A stretch of 31,871 bases of DNA from Ilumatobacteraceae bacterium (GTDB taxonomy: Bacteria; Actinomycetota; Acidimicrobiia; Acidimicrobiales; Ilumatobacteraceae). Shown here piece by piece: positions 7,357 through 15,609 of the stretch. The position numbers and the translations under genes were made by a program. The notes beneath the pieces were generated by a model, which was given only the letters and a program-made list of their open reading frames with translations, made no database searches and had not been told where the DNA came from. How positions within the stretch are numbered: position 1 is the first letter of the stretch; every line of letters starts with the position of its first letter. The stretch spans positions 1 through 31,871 of the forward strand of contig DASUEW010000642.1 of the NCBI GenBank assembly GCA_036274875.1. The letters are read 5' to 3'.

Positions 7357-9558
7357 GTGACGCGTCACGCGGTCGTGTACCCGCTCGCGGACCCGCATGC
7401 CTGCGTGGCGGCGGTCGCAGGTGCCAAGGCGGCGAACATCGCCCGCGCCGCGATCGCCGGGTTCCCGACGGTGCCGGGGTTCGTGATCACGACCGCGGGC
7501 GTCGCGTCGGGAATCGACCAAGCCGACGTCGTTGCCGACGTGCGCCGGGCGTTCGACGAGCTCGCCGACGGGACTGCCGCGCCCTTGGTCGTGCGGTCGT
7601 CGTCGACGATCGAGGACGCCGGCGTCTCGTCGATGGCGGGTCGGTTCACCTCGGTCCTCGACGTCGTCGGCTGGGAGGCGTTCGTGACCGCGGTCCACGC
7701 GGTCATCCGATCCGGCGAGGACGTCCGCGACGATACGGGTACGGCGCAACCGATGGCCGTGCTCGTGCAGCGCCAACTCGTCACCGGGCTCGGCGGGGTG
7801 CTGTTCGGCGTCGATCCCGTGACCGGGAGCCGCGGCCACGTCGTGGTCGAAGCGGTGCCGTCTCGCCCCGACGTGCTCGTCAGCGGCACCGCACTCGCCG
7901 ATCACTACGTGCTGTCGCGCCGCGGCCGGGTCCTGCAGGCGACCCGGACCGGCTCGATGCCGGCGCTCGATCGGGCACGGCGGCGCTCGCTGGTGCGGCT
8001 GGCCCTGCGTGCCGAGCACCTGTTCGGTGCCCCACAGGACATCGAGTGGTGCGTCGACACCGACAGCCGGCTGTGGTTGCTGCAGAGCCGGCCGGTGACG
8101 GCGGTGGCGACTGACGACAACGGTCAGTCCGTCCTGCTCGGACCGGGGCCCGTGGCCGAGACGTTCCCGTCACCGTTGCGACAGCTCGAGGACGACCTGT
8201 GGATCCAGCCGCTGCGTGACGGGATCACTCGAGCCCTGCTCACGACGGGAGCCGTGTCGGAGAAGGCGATCAGAAGGTCACCGGTGGTGACGACGGTGAG
8301 CGGGTGGGCGGCGGTCGATCTGGAGCTGATCGGTCTCACCGACGGGCGCACCACGTTGCGCCGGCGGATGAATCCGTTCGTGATCATCCGCCGGCTCGGG
8401 ACGGCATGGCGCGTGGGGCGCCTCCGCGTGGCGCTCCCGGCGCTGGCGGATGCGATCGTCTCCACGGTCGACCGGGATCTCGCGATGGTCCCACGGCTCG
8501 ATGAGTTGACGACCGCCGAGCTCGCCGTCGTTCTCGATCGGGCGCGTCGCGAGCTGGCGACCGTGCACGCCCACGAGGTGCTCGCCGGGATGCTGCTCCG
8601 CGGGAACGACTCGGAGTCGTCGGCGGCCGGGCTGGCACTGAGGACGCTCCACGACGCGCGGGCTGCCGGTTGGGACGACGCGGAGGTGGTCTCCCGTTCG
8701 CCAGTCGTCCTCGTCCTGTCACCACCGAGTCTCGATGTCCCGCCGGGCCTTCCGGCCGACGTGCCCGTTCCGCACGGCGACGCGTGCACGGTCGACGGCC
8801 TCGGCAGCCGTGAGGCGCTGCGGCTGCGGGCACGATGGCTGCAGGAGCTCGAGGTGCGACTCGCCACGGAGCTGGGCCGTCGGTTGGCCGACGAAGGCTC
8901 CTTGTCCGACGCACGCATGCTCGGCGAGCTCCATCTGTCGGAGCTGCTCACCATGGCGGCCGGCGGGCCGCCCCCCAGCGATCTCGGCGATCGACACGCC
9001 GATCGATTCGCTCGTCGCGGCGGTCCACCGCTGCCCGCCGCGTTCCGGCTGGCCGTCTCTGGCGAGGTGCGTCCGGCCGGCAACTCGTCGCCGGCACGGC
9101 GGAGGAGCGAACCGGCCGGACTGCCGGCGGGTGGAGGCCGAGCGGTGGGTGTGGTACGCCACCGGCTCCCCGACGGTCCTGCGACCGAGGGCTCGATCCT
9201 CGTGACACGCCACCTCGAGCCGCAGCTGGCGCCGATGCTCGGCGGCCTCGTGGGCCTCGTCTCGGAGACCGGCAGCGCGCTGTCGCACCTGGCGATCCTT
9301 GCCCGTGAGGTGGGCCTGCCGACGGTCGCAGGGGTCACCGACGCGCTCAGGCGCTTCCCACCCGGCACACGGTTGTTGGTCGACGGGGGCACCGGGGAGA
9401 TCGAGGTGCTCGAGAGCATCATCGGTGGCGCGGTCGGCGAGGTGTCCGATGGCGTCGGCGAGGTTTCCGATGGCGTCGATGACCAAGACGTGTCCGATGG
9501 CGTCGACGACGTCGACGACGTCGACGGTGCATCCGACACGGCGATGGCGGCGCCATGA
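7357..9558 (+). CDS. PEP-synthase/PPDK-superfamily phosphotransferase with ATP-grasp, central domain and C-terminal phospho-His swivel (RPH/PigC-like architecture), about 733 aa
   Basis: GAKAANI, VVRSSSTIED..SMAGRF, AVLVQ, PQDIEW..LWLLQSRPVT; C-terminal GLVSETGSALSHLAILAREVGLP (His codon 9286-9288), LVDGGTG. No C-terminal PEP-binding TIM barrel. Confidence 0.88.
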   Translation: MTRHAVVYPLADPHACVAAVAGAKAANIARAAIAGFPTVPGFVITTAGVASGIDQADVVADVRRAFDELADGTAAPLVVRSSSTIEDAGVSSMAGRFTSVLDVVGWEAFVTAVHAVIRSGEDVRDDTGTAQPMAVLVQRQLVTGLGGVLFGVDPVTGSRGHVVVEAVPSRPDVLVSGTALADHYVLSRRGRVLQATRTGSMPALDRARRRSLVRLALRAEHLFGAPQDIEWCVDTDSRLWLLQSRPVTAVATDDNGQSVLLGPGPVAETFPSPLRQLEDDLWIQPLRDGITRALLTTGAVSEKAIRRSPVVTTVSGWAAVDLELIGLTDGRTTLRRRMNPFVIIRRLGTAWRVGRLRVALPALADAIVSTVDRDLAMVPRLDELTTAELAVVLDRARRELATVHAHEVLAGMLLRGNDSESSAAGLALRTLHDARAAGWDDAEVVSRSPVVLVLSPPSLDVPPGLPADVPVPHGDACTVDGLGSREALRLRARWLQELEVRLATELGRRLADEGSLSDARMLGELHLSELLTMAAGGPPPSDLGDRHADRFARRGGPPLPAAFRLAVSGEVRPAGNSSPARRRSEPAGLPAGGGRAVGVVRHRLPDGPATEGSILVTRHLEPQLAPMLGGLVGLVSETGSALSHLAILAREVGLPTVAGVTDALRRFPPGTRLLVDGGTGEIEVLESIIGGAVGEVSDGVGEVSDGVDDQDVSDGVDDVDDVDGASDTAMAAP
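9433..9528 (+). repeat. Coding tandem repeat encoding an acidic tail (VGEVSDG x2, DVSDG, VDD x3)
   Basis: 21-bp units gtcggcgaggt(g/t)tccgatggc at 9433 and 9454, a third partial copy, then gtcgacgac x2 and gtcgacggt. Confidence 0.85.
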
Positions 9559-10463
9559 CACTCGTGCGACTCGCGCGCTCGGTCGGGTTCGCCCTCGCGT
9601 TCTTGATCCTGGCGGTGTCGGGTGTCTACGTCGTCATCGACCTGGCCCGGTGGGAATGGAACCGGGCGATCATCTCGGCGCTGGTGTTCCTGTCGTCGCT
9701 GGTCGTGCTCGTGGCGATGATGTTGTTCCGACAACTCCACCGCCTCGAGATGCGGATGGGCGCCCTCGAGCACCAGCGGCGAGACGTCACCGACGTGCTC
9801 GGCACACTTCGCGCCACCAACGTCGCCGGCGCCGGACAGCGATTCCGGTGGCTCGAACAATCGCCGGACAGGTTGACCGTGTTCGTCCCCGTGCTGCTCG
9901 GGGCCGGGGTGGTCCTGTCGTTCGTGGCATACCTCATCGAGCGCATCGGTGGCGCGTTCGCCGCATCCGCCCTCGACCCACGGACGGCTCGCGAACTGGC
10001 GCCCGACCTACCCCTCGGCACGGGCATCGTGGAGCCAGTCGGCGAACGAGCGCTGCGCGAGCCGGTGCGCCGGCCCGCCGCGCGGGCCGTCGCGCTCGTC
10101 GTCACGGTGGTGCTGGCAGTGGTGCTGGTGCAGGGCTTGCGTGAGCTGACCCAGTCGCGCCCGGGCGAGTTGACGGCCCCTGGCGCAACCACCATCGTCG
10201 TCGACATCGGGCAGCGACGCCAGATCCGACCGCTCGAGGTCGTCGCCACCGACCTCTGGAGCACTTGCCGATCACGGTTGCCGGGCCCGCTCGAGCTCGT
10301 GGCGATCACGCCGACCGTCGGGGAAAGGGTGCGCCTCGACCTCGATCGCGCGCTCGGTCACACCGGGCGGGCGCGCATCGTCGGCTGTCTCGAGGACTAC
10401 ACCCTCGACCTCGTTCAGGCCGACGTAGTGAGCATCGACTCGTCGCCGTCGCCAGTTGGCTGA
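9555..10463 (+). CDS. Hypothetical 4-TM membrane protein with WEWNRA motif and a soluble C-terminal domain with two Cys, 302 aa
   Basis: ATG overlaps the dikinase stop (ATGA); four hydrophobic segments; GC-rich third codon positions. Confidence 0.8.
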   Translation: MTLVRLARSVGFALAFLILAVSGVYVVIDLARWEWNRAIISALVFLSSLVVLVAMMLFRQLHRLEMRMGALEHQRRDVTDVLGTLRATNVAGAGQRFRWLEQSPDRLTVFVPVLLGAGVVLSFVAYLIERIGGAFAASALDPRTARELAPDLPLGTGIVEPVGERALREPVRRPAARAVALVVTVVLAVVLVQGLRELTQSRPGELTAPGATTIVVDIGQRRQIRPLEVVATDLWSTCRSRLPGPLELVAITPTVGERVRLDLDRALGHTGRARIVGCLEDYTLDLVQADVVSIDSSPSPVG

Positions 10464-10538
10464 CGGGCGGTTCGGCACGCGGTCGGCAAGGACGGCCCAA
10501 CTTCTCGCTCTCGGAGACCGGCCGGGTACTGTCTGTGC

Positions 10539-11306
10539 ATGGCGGGGACGGGCGAGCAGTCCGATCCGGAGCCCCCGACACCCGCTCGGACCCATCCTTC
10601 CGTCCGCACCGCGGTTGGCGCTGATCTCCGTGACGCGACGTGGCCGCAGCGGCTGGCGCTCGGTGGGGTGGTGTGGTGGATCACCTACGAATGGGGTCCC
10701 GGCAACGAGACGTTCACGCCCTGGTTGCTCGCTCAGGTGATCGCCGCGTCCGATTCGGCCTGGGTCATCCCGCTCGCGGCGCTCGTCGGGTTCGCCTTCA
10801 CCGCAACACAGCAGCTGGCGTCGGGTTTCACGGCGCTGGCGGGATTCTCGATGTTCGACCGCACGTCGCGAGCTGCATGGAACCGGTTGCGGGGCCAGTC
10901 GGACACGGCTCCCGGTGAGTGGTCGCGCCTCGGCTGGGTCGCTCGATCGGCCATCGTCTTCCCGCTCGGCACGACGTCGGTGGCGCTGATCCAGATCATG
11001 ACCACCGGCGAGGTCGGAGTGCGTCGCCACCGGCGGGTCGTCGCGACGAGTGCGTTGCTGTGCGCCACGCTCGTGGGGGCGCTGGCGGCGATCGCTGGCA
11101 GTCTGGCCCTCGTCGGGCGCAACGTGCCTGCACTCGAAGGCGCCACGAACTGGATCCTGCGCGTGCTCGGCAACCCGCTGTTCTGGCTGGCCTTGATCGT
11201 GGTTTCCGTCGTGGGCCGAAGGATTCATGGCCGCACGACGCAATCCCCGAAGATTCTCACGCTCGGTGACCAAACCGACGCAACCGATGAGGGATCGCCC
11301 GCCTAA
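10539..11306 (+). CDS. Hypothetical multi-pass membrane protein, 255 aa
   Basis: 4-5 hydrophobic segments and a YEWGPGNE motif; TACTGT -10 at 10527-10532, 6 nt before the ATG. Confidence 0.7.
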   Translation: MAGTGEQSDPEPPTPARTHPSVRTAVGADLRDATWPQRLALGGVVWWITYEWGPGNETFTPWLLAQVIAASDSAWVIPLAALVGFAFTATQQLASGFTALAGFSMFDRTSRAAWNRLRGQSDTAPGEWSRLGWVARSAIVFPLGTTSVALIQIMTTGEVGVRRHRRVVATSALLCATLVGALAAIAGSLALVGRNVPALEGATNWILRVLGNPLFWLALIVVSVVGRRIHGRTTQSPKILTLGDQTDATDEGSPA

Positions 11307-11415
11307 CCGGTACGCTGTGGGTGGCGGTAAGAACGGCAGATCAGCGTGCAGATCAGCCGTCGATGACCCTCATCGAAGGTGCCTTCGCCGGGTTCGCGCG
11401 GGAAGGCGGTGATCT

Positions 11416-13710
11416 GTGACTTCTGAGTCGATGACCCCTCGCTCGGCGTCCGACCGCATCACGTGGATCTCGACGACCGCGTTCGCGACGGTCATCGCCG
11501 CACACGCGTTGGGTGTGTTGCGAGCCGTCACCTATCCCGCCGTCATCGTCGGTGGCATCGGGTGCGCCTTCATCGGCTTGCGGATGCACCGGCCGAAGTT
11601 GCGTTGGCCGTGGTGGGCGATGGTCGTCGCCGGCCTGTTGTGGGCGATCGCCGGGTTCGCCCGTGAGGTCACCGACGCCACGGGCGACCTCACCGCGAAC
11701 CGGTCGTTGATCCCGGATCTCTTCGCGCTTCCCGGTTACGGCCTGTTCGGACTCGCGCTGTACGGCCTGCTGCGAGCGCGCGGCGGGCCCGACGACTACG
11801 GCGCCCGGCTCGACGGGATCATGCTCGGCGCCGGGGCGTTGCTGTTCGTCAACGAGCTGTTGATCTTGCCGACCTTGCGCCTCGAGGGGACGTGGGTGAT
11901 GGCCAGGATCGCGATTGCGATCTACCCCGCGATCTCGATGTGTCTCCTCGTGCTCGCCATCCGGCTGGCGTTCTCGTCGGGGCAACGGTCGCCGGCCTTC
12001 ACGCTGCTGCTCGGCGGCACGGCGTGCCTGCTGGTCGGCGACGTCGTGTTCGCACTGGGCGACTCGGGCCGGTTGGTCGTCAGCCAGCGCCTGCTCGAGG
12101 TGCCATATCTGCTGATCCCCGCGGCGATGGGATCGGCCATCCTGCAACCGTCGATCCGCTTCTTCGCCCGGCCGGCCCGTCAGCCCGTCAACACGATGAG
12201 TCGCGGTCGGCTCATCGCCGTGGCGGCGGCGCTGCTGGCCCCGATCGCGGTCATCGCGATCCACGACATGTCGTTCGCCCGTTCGGTGACAGTGGTGGTC
12301 TGCCTCGTGCTCGCGCTGTCGGCGATCATGCGCCTCGCGAGTGCGATGAAGGAGCAGGCCGCGCTCGGCTTCCAGCTGACACATCAGGCCAACCACGACG
12401 ATCTCACCGGCCTGCCCAATCGCGTCCTGATCGTCAAGCACATCGACGCGATGCTCAGCGACTCGCGCCGCACCGGTCGACCAGTGGCGTTGATGTTCCT
12501 CGACCTCGACCAGTTCAAGCTCGTCAACGACTCGATGGGGCACGCGGTCGGCGACGAGCTGCTGGTCCTTGCCGGCCAGCGGATCGGCAATTGCGTGCGC
12601 AGTGACGACATCGTCGGCCGGATCTCGGGTGACGAGTTCCTCGTCGTCGCCGGCGGCCTCGATGCGGAGGGCGCGGCCGGACTCGCGGATCGGGTCAGGC
12701 GGGTGATGAGTGCCGCGTTCATGCTCGACCCCGGCGAAGTGTTCATCTCCGTCTCGATCGGCATCGCAGTCGCGTTCGGTGCCGACGTCGACGGAGCAGC
12801 GACGCTGATCCAGGAAGCCGATACCGCGATGTACCGCTCCAAGGACGCCGGCCGCAACGCGGTGACGGTGTTCGACACGTCGATGCTCGAGCGCGTCGCT
12901 CGACGCGTCGAGCTGGAACGACGACTCCGTCAGGCACTGGCAGCGGGGCAGATCGTCGCCTACTACCAACCGCTGGTGCGGTTGCCGACCGGCAACGTCG
13001 TCGGGTTCGAAGCGCTCGCGCGATGGGAGAACGACCGGCAGATGATCGCCTCGTCGGAGTTCATCCCGGTCGCCGAGGAGTCCGGCCTGATCGTCCCGCT
13101 CGGCGCGTACATGGTGGACGAGGCGTGTCGCAGCCTTGCCCACTGGCGCCGCACGATCCCCGGCGGGGAGCAGCTCTACGTGTCCGTCAACCTCTCACCG
13201 CGGCAAGTGCGCGAGAGCGACATCGTCGACATCGTGGCCGATGCACTCCTCCGCCACGGCCTGCCCGGCACCGCACTGTGGCTCGAGATCACCGAGAGCG
13301 TGATGATGGAGGACTCGGTCTCGACCGCCGGCGTGATGGTCGGCCTGCGGTCGCTCGGCGTGCGCCTGTCCGTCGACGACTTCGGCACCGGCTTCTCGTC
13401 GCTCTCGACGCTCAAGCGCTTCCCGGTGTCGGGCGTCAAGATCGACCGCTCCTTCGTGTCCGGTCTCGGCCAGCATCAGTCGGACTCGTCGCTGGTGGCC
13501 GCGATCGTGGCGATGGCATCCGCGCTGGGTCTCGTCGCCATCGCCGAAGGCGTCGAGACGCATGACCAGGCGACCCGATTGCTCGAGCTCGGCTGTACCG
13601 AGGTGCAGGGCTACCTCTTCGCGACGGCAGTGCCGTTCGACGACGTGCCGTCGACGGTCGCCCGTCTCGGCGTTGCCGGGCACGCGGTGCTCGAGTCCCG
13701 CGTGCCCTGA
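11416..13710 (+). CDS. Membrane-bound GGDEF-EAL diguanylate cyclase/phosphodiesterase, about 764 aa (start 11416 or ATG 11431)
   Basis: About 10 N-terminal TM helices; HDDLTGLPNR, FLDLDQFKLVNDSMGHAVGDELL, RSDD I-site plus RISGDEF; EAL domain FEALARW, VNLS, EITES, DDFGTGFSSL, KIDRSF, AEGVET, QGYLF all intact. Confidence 0.95.
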   Translation: MTSESMTPRSASDRITWISTTAFATVIAAHALGVLRAVTYPAVIVGGIGCAFIGLRMHRPKLRWPWWAMVVAGLLWAIAGFAREVTDATGDLTANRSLIPDLFALPGYGLFGLALYGLLRARGGPDDYGARLDGIMLGAGALLFVNELLILPTLRLEGTWVMARIAIAIYPAISMCLLVLAIRLAFSSGQRSPAFTLLLGGTACLLVGDVVFALGDSGRLVVSQRLLEVPYLLIPAAMGSAILQPSIRFFARPARQPVNTMSRGRLIAVAAALLAPIAVIAIHDMSFARSVTVVVCLVLALSAIMRLASAMKEQAALGFQLTHQANHDDLTGLPNRVLIVKHIDAMLSDSRRTGRPVALMFLDLDQFKLVNDSMGHAVGDELLVLAGQRIGNCVRSDDIVGRISGDEFLVVAGGLDAEGAAGLADRVRRVMSAAFMLDPGEVFISVSIGIAVAFGADVDGAATLIQEADTAMYRSKDAGRNAVTVFDTSMLERVARRVELERRLRQALAAGQIVAYYQPLVRLPTGNVVGFEALARWENDRQMIASSEFIPVAEESGLIVPLGAYMVDEACRSLAHWRRTIPGGEQLYVSVNLSPRQVRESDIVDIVADALLRHGLPGTALWLEITESVMMEDSVSTAGVMVGLRSLGVRLSVDDFGTGFSSLSTLKRFPVSGVKIDRSFVSGLGQHQSDSSLVAAIVAMASALGLVAIAEGVETHDQATRLLELGCTEVQGYLFATAVPFDDVPSTVARLGVAGHAVLESRVP

Positions 13711-13726
13711 CGACGCCACCGTGGAC

Positions 13727-14353
13727 CTACACGCTCGGGTTCGTGCGCGTGTGTGCTCCGACGCGCGGGTGTCCGGGGATCGGTTCGGGTAGCTCGGCCG
13801 CGTACCACGTCTGTCGGTCGAGGACCGCGACGGCCGAACGTGGGAAGTTGTCGGCGACCTGCTGGGCCAGCCGATCCGCTCCGAACACCTCACGATTGAA
13901 GTCACAGACGTCGAACACCAGCACGCCACCCACCAGGGCAGGCACCTGCCACAGTTCGGTGGACAGCCGTCCGAACAGCGTGCGGCGCCGCGCACCGGGC
14001 GTCACCATCACGAGGATCCCGACGTAGATGGCGTTTCGCGCCGCATGTTCCGGGTACCTCGATCGCAAGAACGCGGGGGAGATCTGGGGCACGTCCTCCA
14101 AGCTGTTGGTGACCATCGCCAATCCGACCGGCTGGCCGTCCTGCCAACCGACGATCTTGGTGATGCGTGAGTTCGCGAGCTCTGCCAGCACCTCGTCGCG
14201 CGCGTAGAGGTGCTGCAGGACCGCGAGCTCCGCGAGCGGCTCGAAGTTGATGCGGTACGCCTCCCACAAGGCCTCCGCAATCGTGCCGGTGATCGACAAC
14301 TCGTGGGTGATGGTGATGGGCGCAGCCGAAGGATGCGCTTCGAGTATTGACAT
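13727..14353 (-). CDS. Hypothetical protein, probable GNAT-like fold, 208 aa
   Basis: AAGGAG RBS 7 nt before ATG 14353; alpha-alpha-beta-beta pattern (KIVGWQDGQPVGLAMVT, AIYVGILVMVTPGARR, VLVFDV) reminiscent of GNAT. Confidence 0.65.
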   Translation of the reverse strand: MSILEAHPSAAPITITHELSITGTIAEALWEAYRINFEPLAELAVLQHLYARDEVLAELANSRITKIVGWQDGQPVGLAMVTNSLEDVPQISPAFLRSRYPEHAARNAIYVGILVMVTPGARRRTLFGRLSTELWQVPALVGGVLVFDVCDFNREVFGADRLAQQVADNFPRSAVAVLDRQTWYAAELPEPIPGHPRVGAHTRTNPSV

Positions 14354-14543
14354 ATCGGTTCTCCTTGGAGCTCATGAGAGCTCGGGAACCGTCCACGGCG
14401 AATCGCCGGACAAGGCGGCACATCGCGCCTTGACACACCGCTGGACAAACCGGTGGGAACGGCACCCGTTCGCCCTCGGTCGTGGTGATGCACTGTGTGC
14501 AGTCAACCTACCGGCGTGGCGGTCGTGGGGACGCCCGGTTGCG

Positions 14544-14816
14544 TCAGCGCCGTCGTGTGCGAGGACCGCGGCCGGCGATCGCCTGGAGCACGAGGAGCAA
14601 CAGCACCGCGCCGACCGCAGCGACGAGCACGGTGCGAATGGAGAAGTCATCGAGCGCGCGGCGGTCGACGGCCTGCATGAGCGCACCGCCGATCAGTGCA
14701 CCGAGGATCCCGACGACGACGGTGTAGATGCAACCGCTGCGCTCGTCGTGCACGATCCAACGGGCCAGGAGCCCGGCCAGGAGACCGGTGGCGATCCACG
14801 CGACGATGCTGCCCAT
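14544..14816 (-). CDS. GlsB/YeaQ/YmgE (transglycosylase-associated) small membrane protein, 90 aa
   Basis: MGSIVAWIATGLLAGLLAR..VVGILGALIGG..AAVGAVLLL; TACGGT -10 at 14824-14829. Confidence 0.9.
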   Translation of the reverse strand: MGSIVAWIATGLLAGLLARWIVHDERSGCIYTVVVGILGALIGGALMQAVDRRALDDFSIRTVLVAAVGAVLLLLVLQAIAGRGPRTRRR

Positions 14817-14855
14817 CCGTGCGACCGTAGCAACCGGACCTACAGTCGCTCGCCG

Positions 14856-15593
14856 ATGGCGTGGTGGGAGGCGGTGCTGCTGGTGGGCGGAGGACTGCTC
14901 GCCGGAACGATCAACGCCGTCGCCGGTGCGGGCTCGATCCTGACGGTGCCGTTGCTCGTGCTCGCCGGCGTGCCCGGTAACCACGCCAACGGGTCGAACC
15001 GGGTCGGGATCCTCACATCGAACGCGGCCGCCGCGGTGTCGTTCCGCCGGCTCGGCGTGCGCGGCCTGCGCGCCGCGTTGCCCATCCTCGTGCCGGTCGT
15101 CGTCGGCGCGATCGTCGGCTCGTTCACGATCGGCCGCCTCACGGACGAGGGCTTCGAACGGTTCTTCGGTTTCCTGGTCTTCCCGTTGGTGATCCTGTCG
15201 TTGCGCAAGCCGAAGGTGCGCGTCGACACCGAGCCGTGGAGCAGGAAGGCAACGATTGCGGTCTTCACCGCGATCGGCCTGTACGGCGGCGCGGTGCAGG
15301 CCGGGATCGGGCTCGTGCTCCTCGCGGCACTGACCCGTGCCGGCTACGACCTTGTCCTTGCGAACAACATCAAGGTGGTCGTGAACCTGAGCATCACGAT
15401 CGCCGCCCTTCCGATCTTCATCGCCCGCGGCGAGGTCGACTGGGTCCCCGCGCTGGTCCTCGCCGCCGGCTTCACCGTCGGCGGTTGGCTCGGCGCCCAC
15501 GCCGCTGTCAGGGGCGGCGAGCGCTTCTTGCGCTGGGCGATGGTCGCGGCCGCCCTACTCCTCGCCGGGCGTCTGCTCGGGCTCTACGGCTGA
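14856..15593 (+). CDS. TauE/SafE (TSUP) family permease, 245 aa
   Basis: GTINAVAGAGSILTVP, ANGSNRVG, GLYGGAVQAGIG, ANNIK, GGWLGAH; TACAGT -10 at 14841-14846. Confidence 0.9.
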   Translation: MAWWEAVLLVGGGLLAGTINAVAGAGSILTVPLLVLAGVPGNHANGSNRVGILTSNAAAAVSFRRLGVRGLRAALPILVPVVVGAIVGSFTIGRLTDEGFERFFGFLVFPLVILSLRKPKVRVDTEPWSRKATIAVFTAIGLYGGAVQAGIGLVLLAALTRAGYDLVLANNIKVVVNLSITIAALPIFIARGEVDWVPALVLAAGFTVGGWLGAHAAVRGGERFLRWAMVAAALLLAGRLLGLYG

Positions 15594-15609
15594 GAACGCG
15601 TTTTCGCGG

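Noticed and set aside
7357-9558. Calling this ppsA/ppdK or a rifampicin-resistance gene (rph)
   Set aside because: It lacks the PEP-binding barrel of PpsA/PPDK. The central domain is shorter than I expect for RPH, and I saw no rifamycin-associated element upstream. The substrate cannot be assigned.
14368-14501. Several short palindromes upstream of the GNAT-like gene (gagctc-atga-gagctc, gaacgg-cac-ccgttc, tgcac-tgt-gtgca)
   Set aside because: 5-6 bp stems with no shared consensus; expected by chance at this GC content.
14856-15593. TauE as part of a sulfur-reducing system with the sulfhydrogenase-type enzyme
   Set aside because: More than 8 kb away, separately promoted, and TSUP proteins are ubiquitous.
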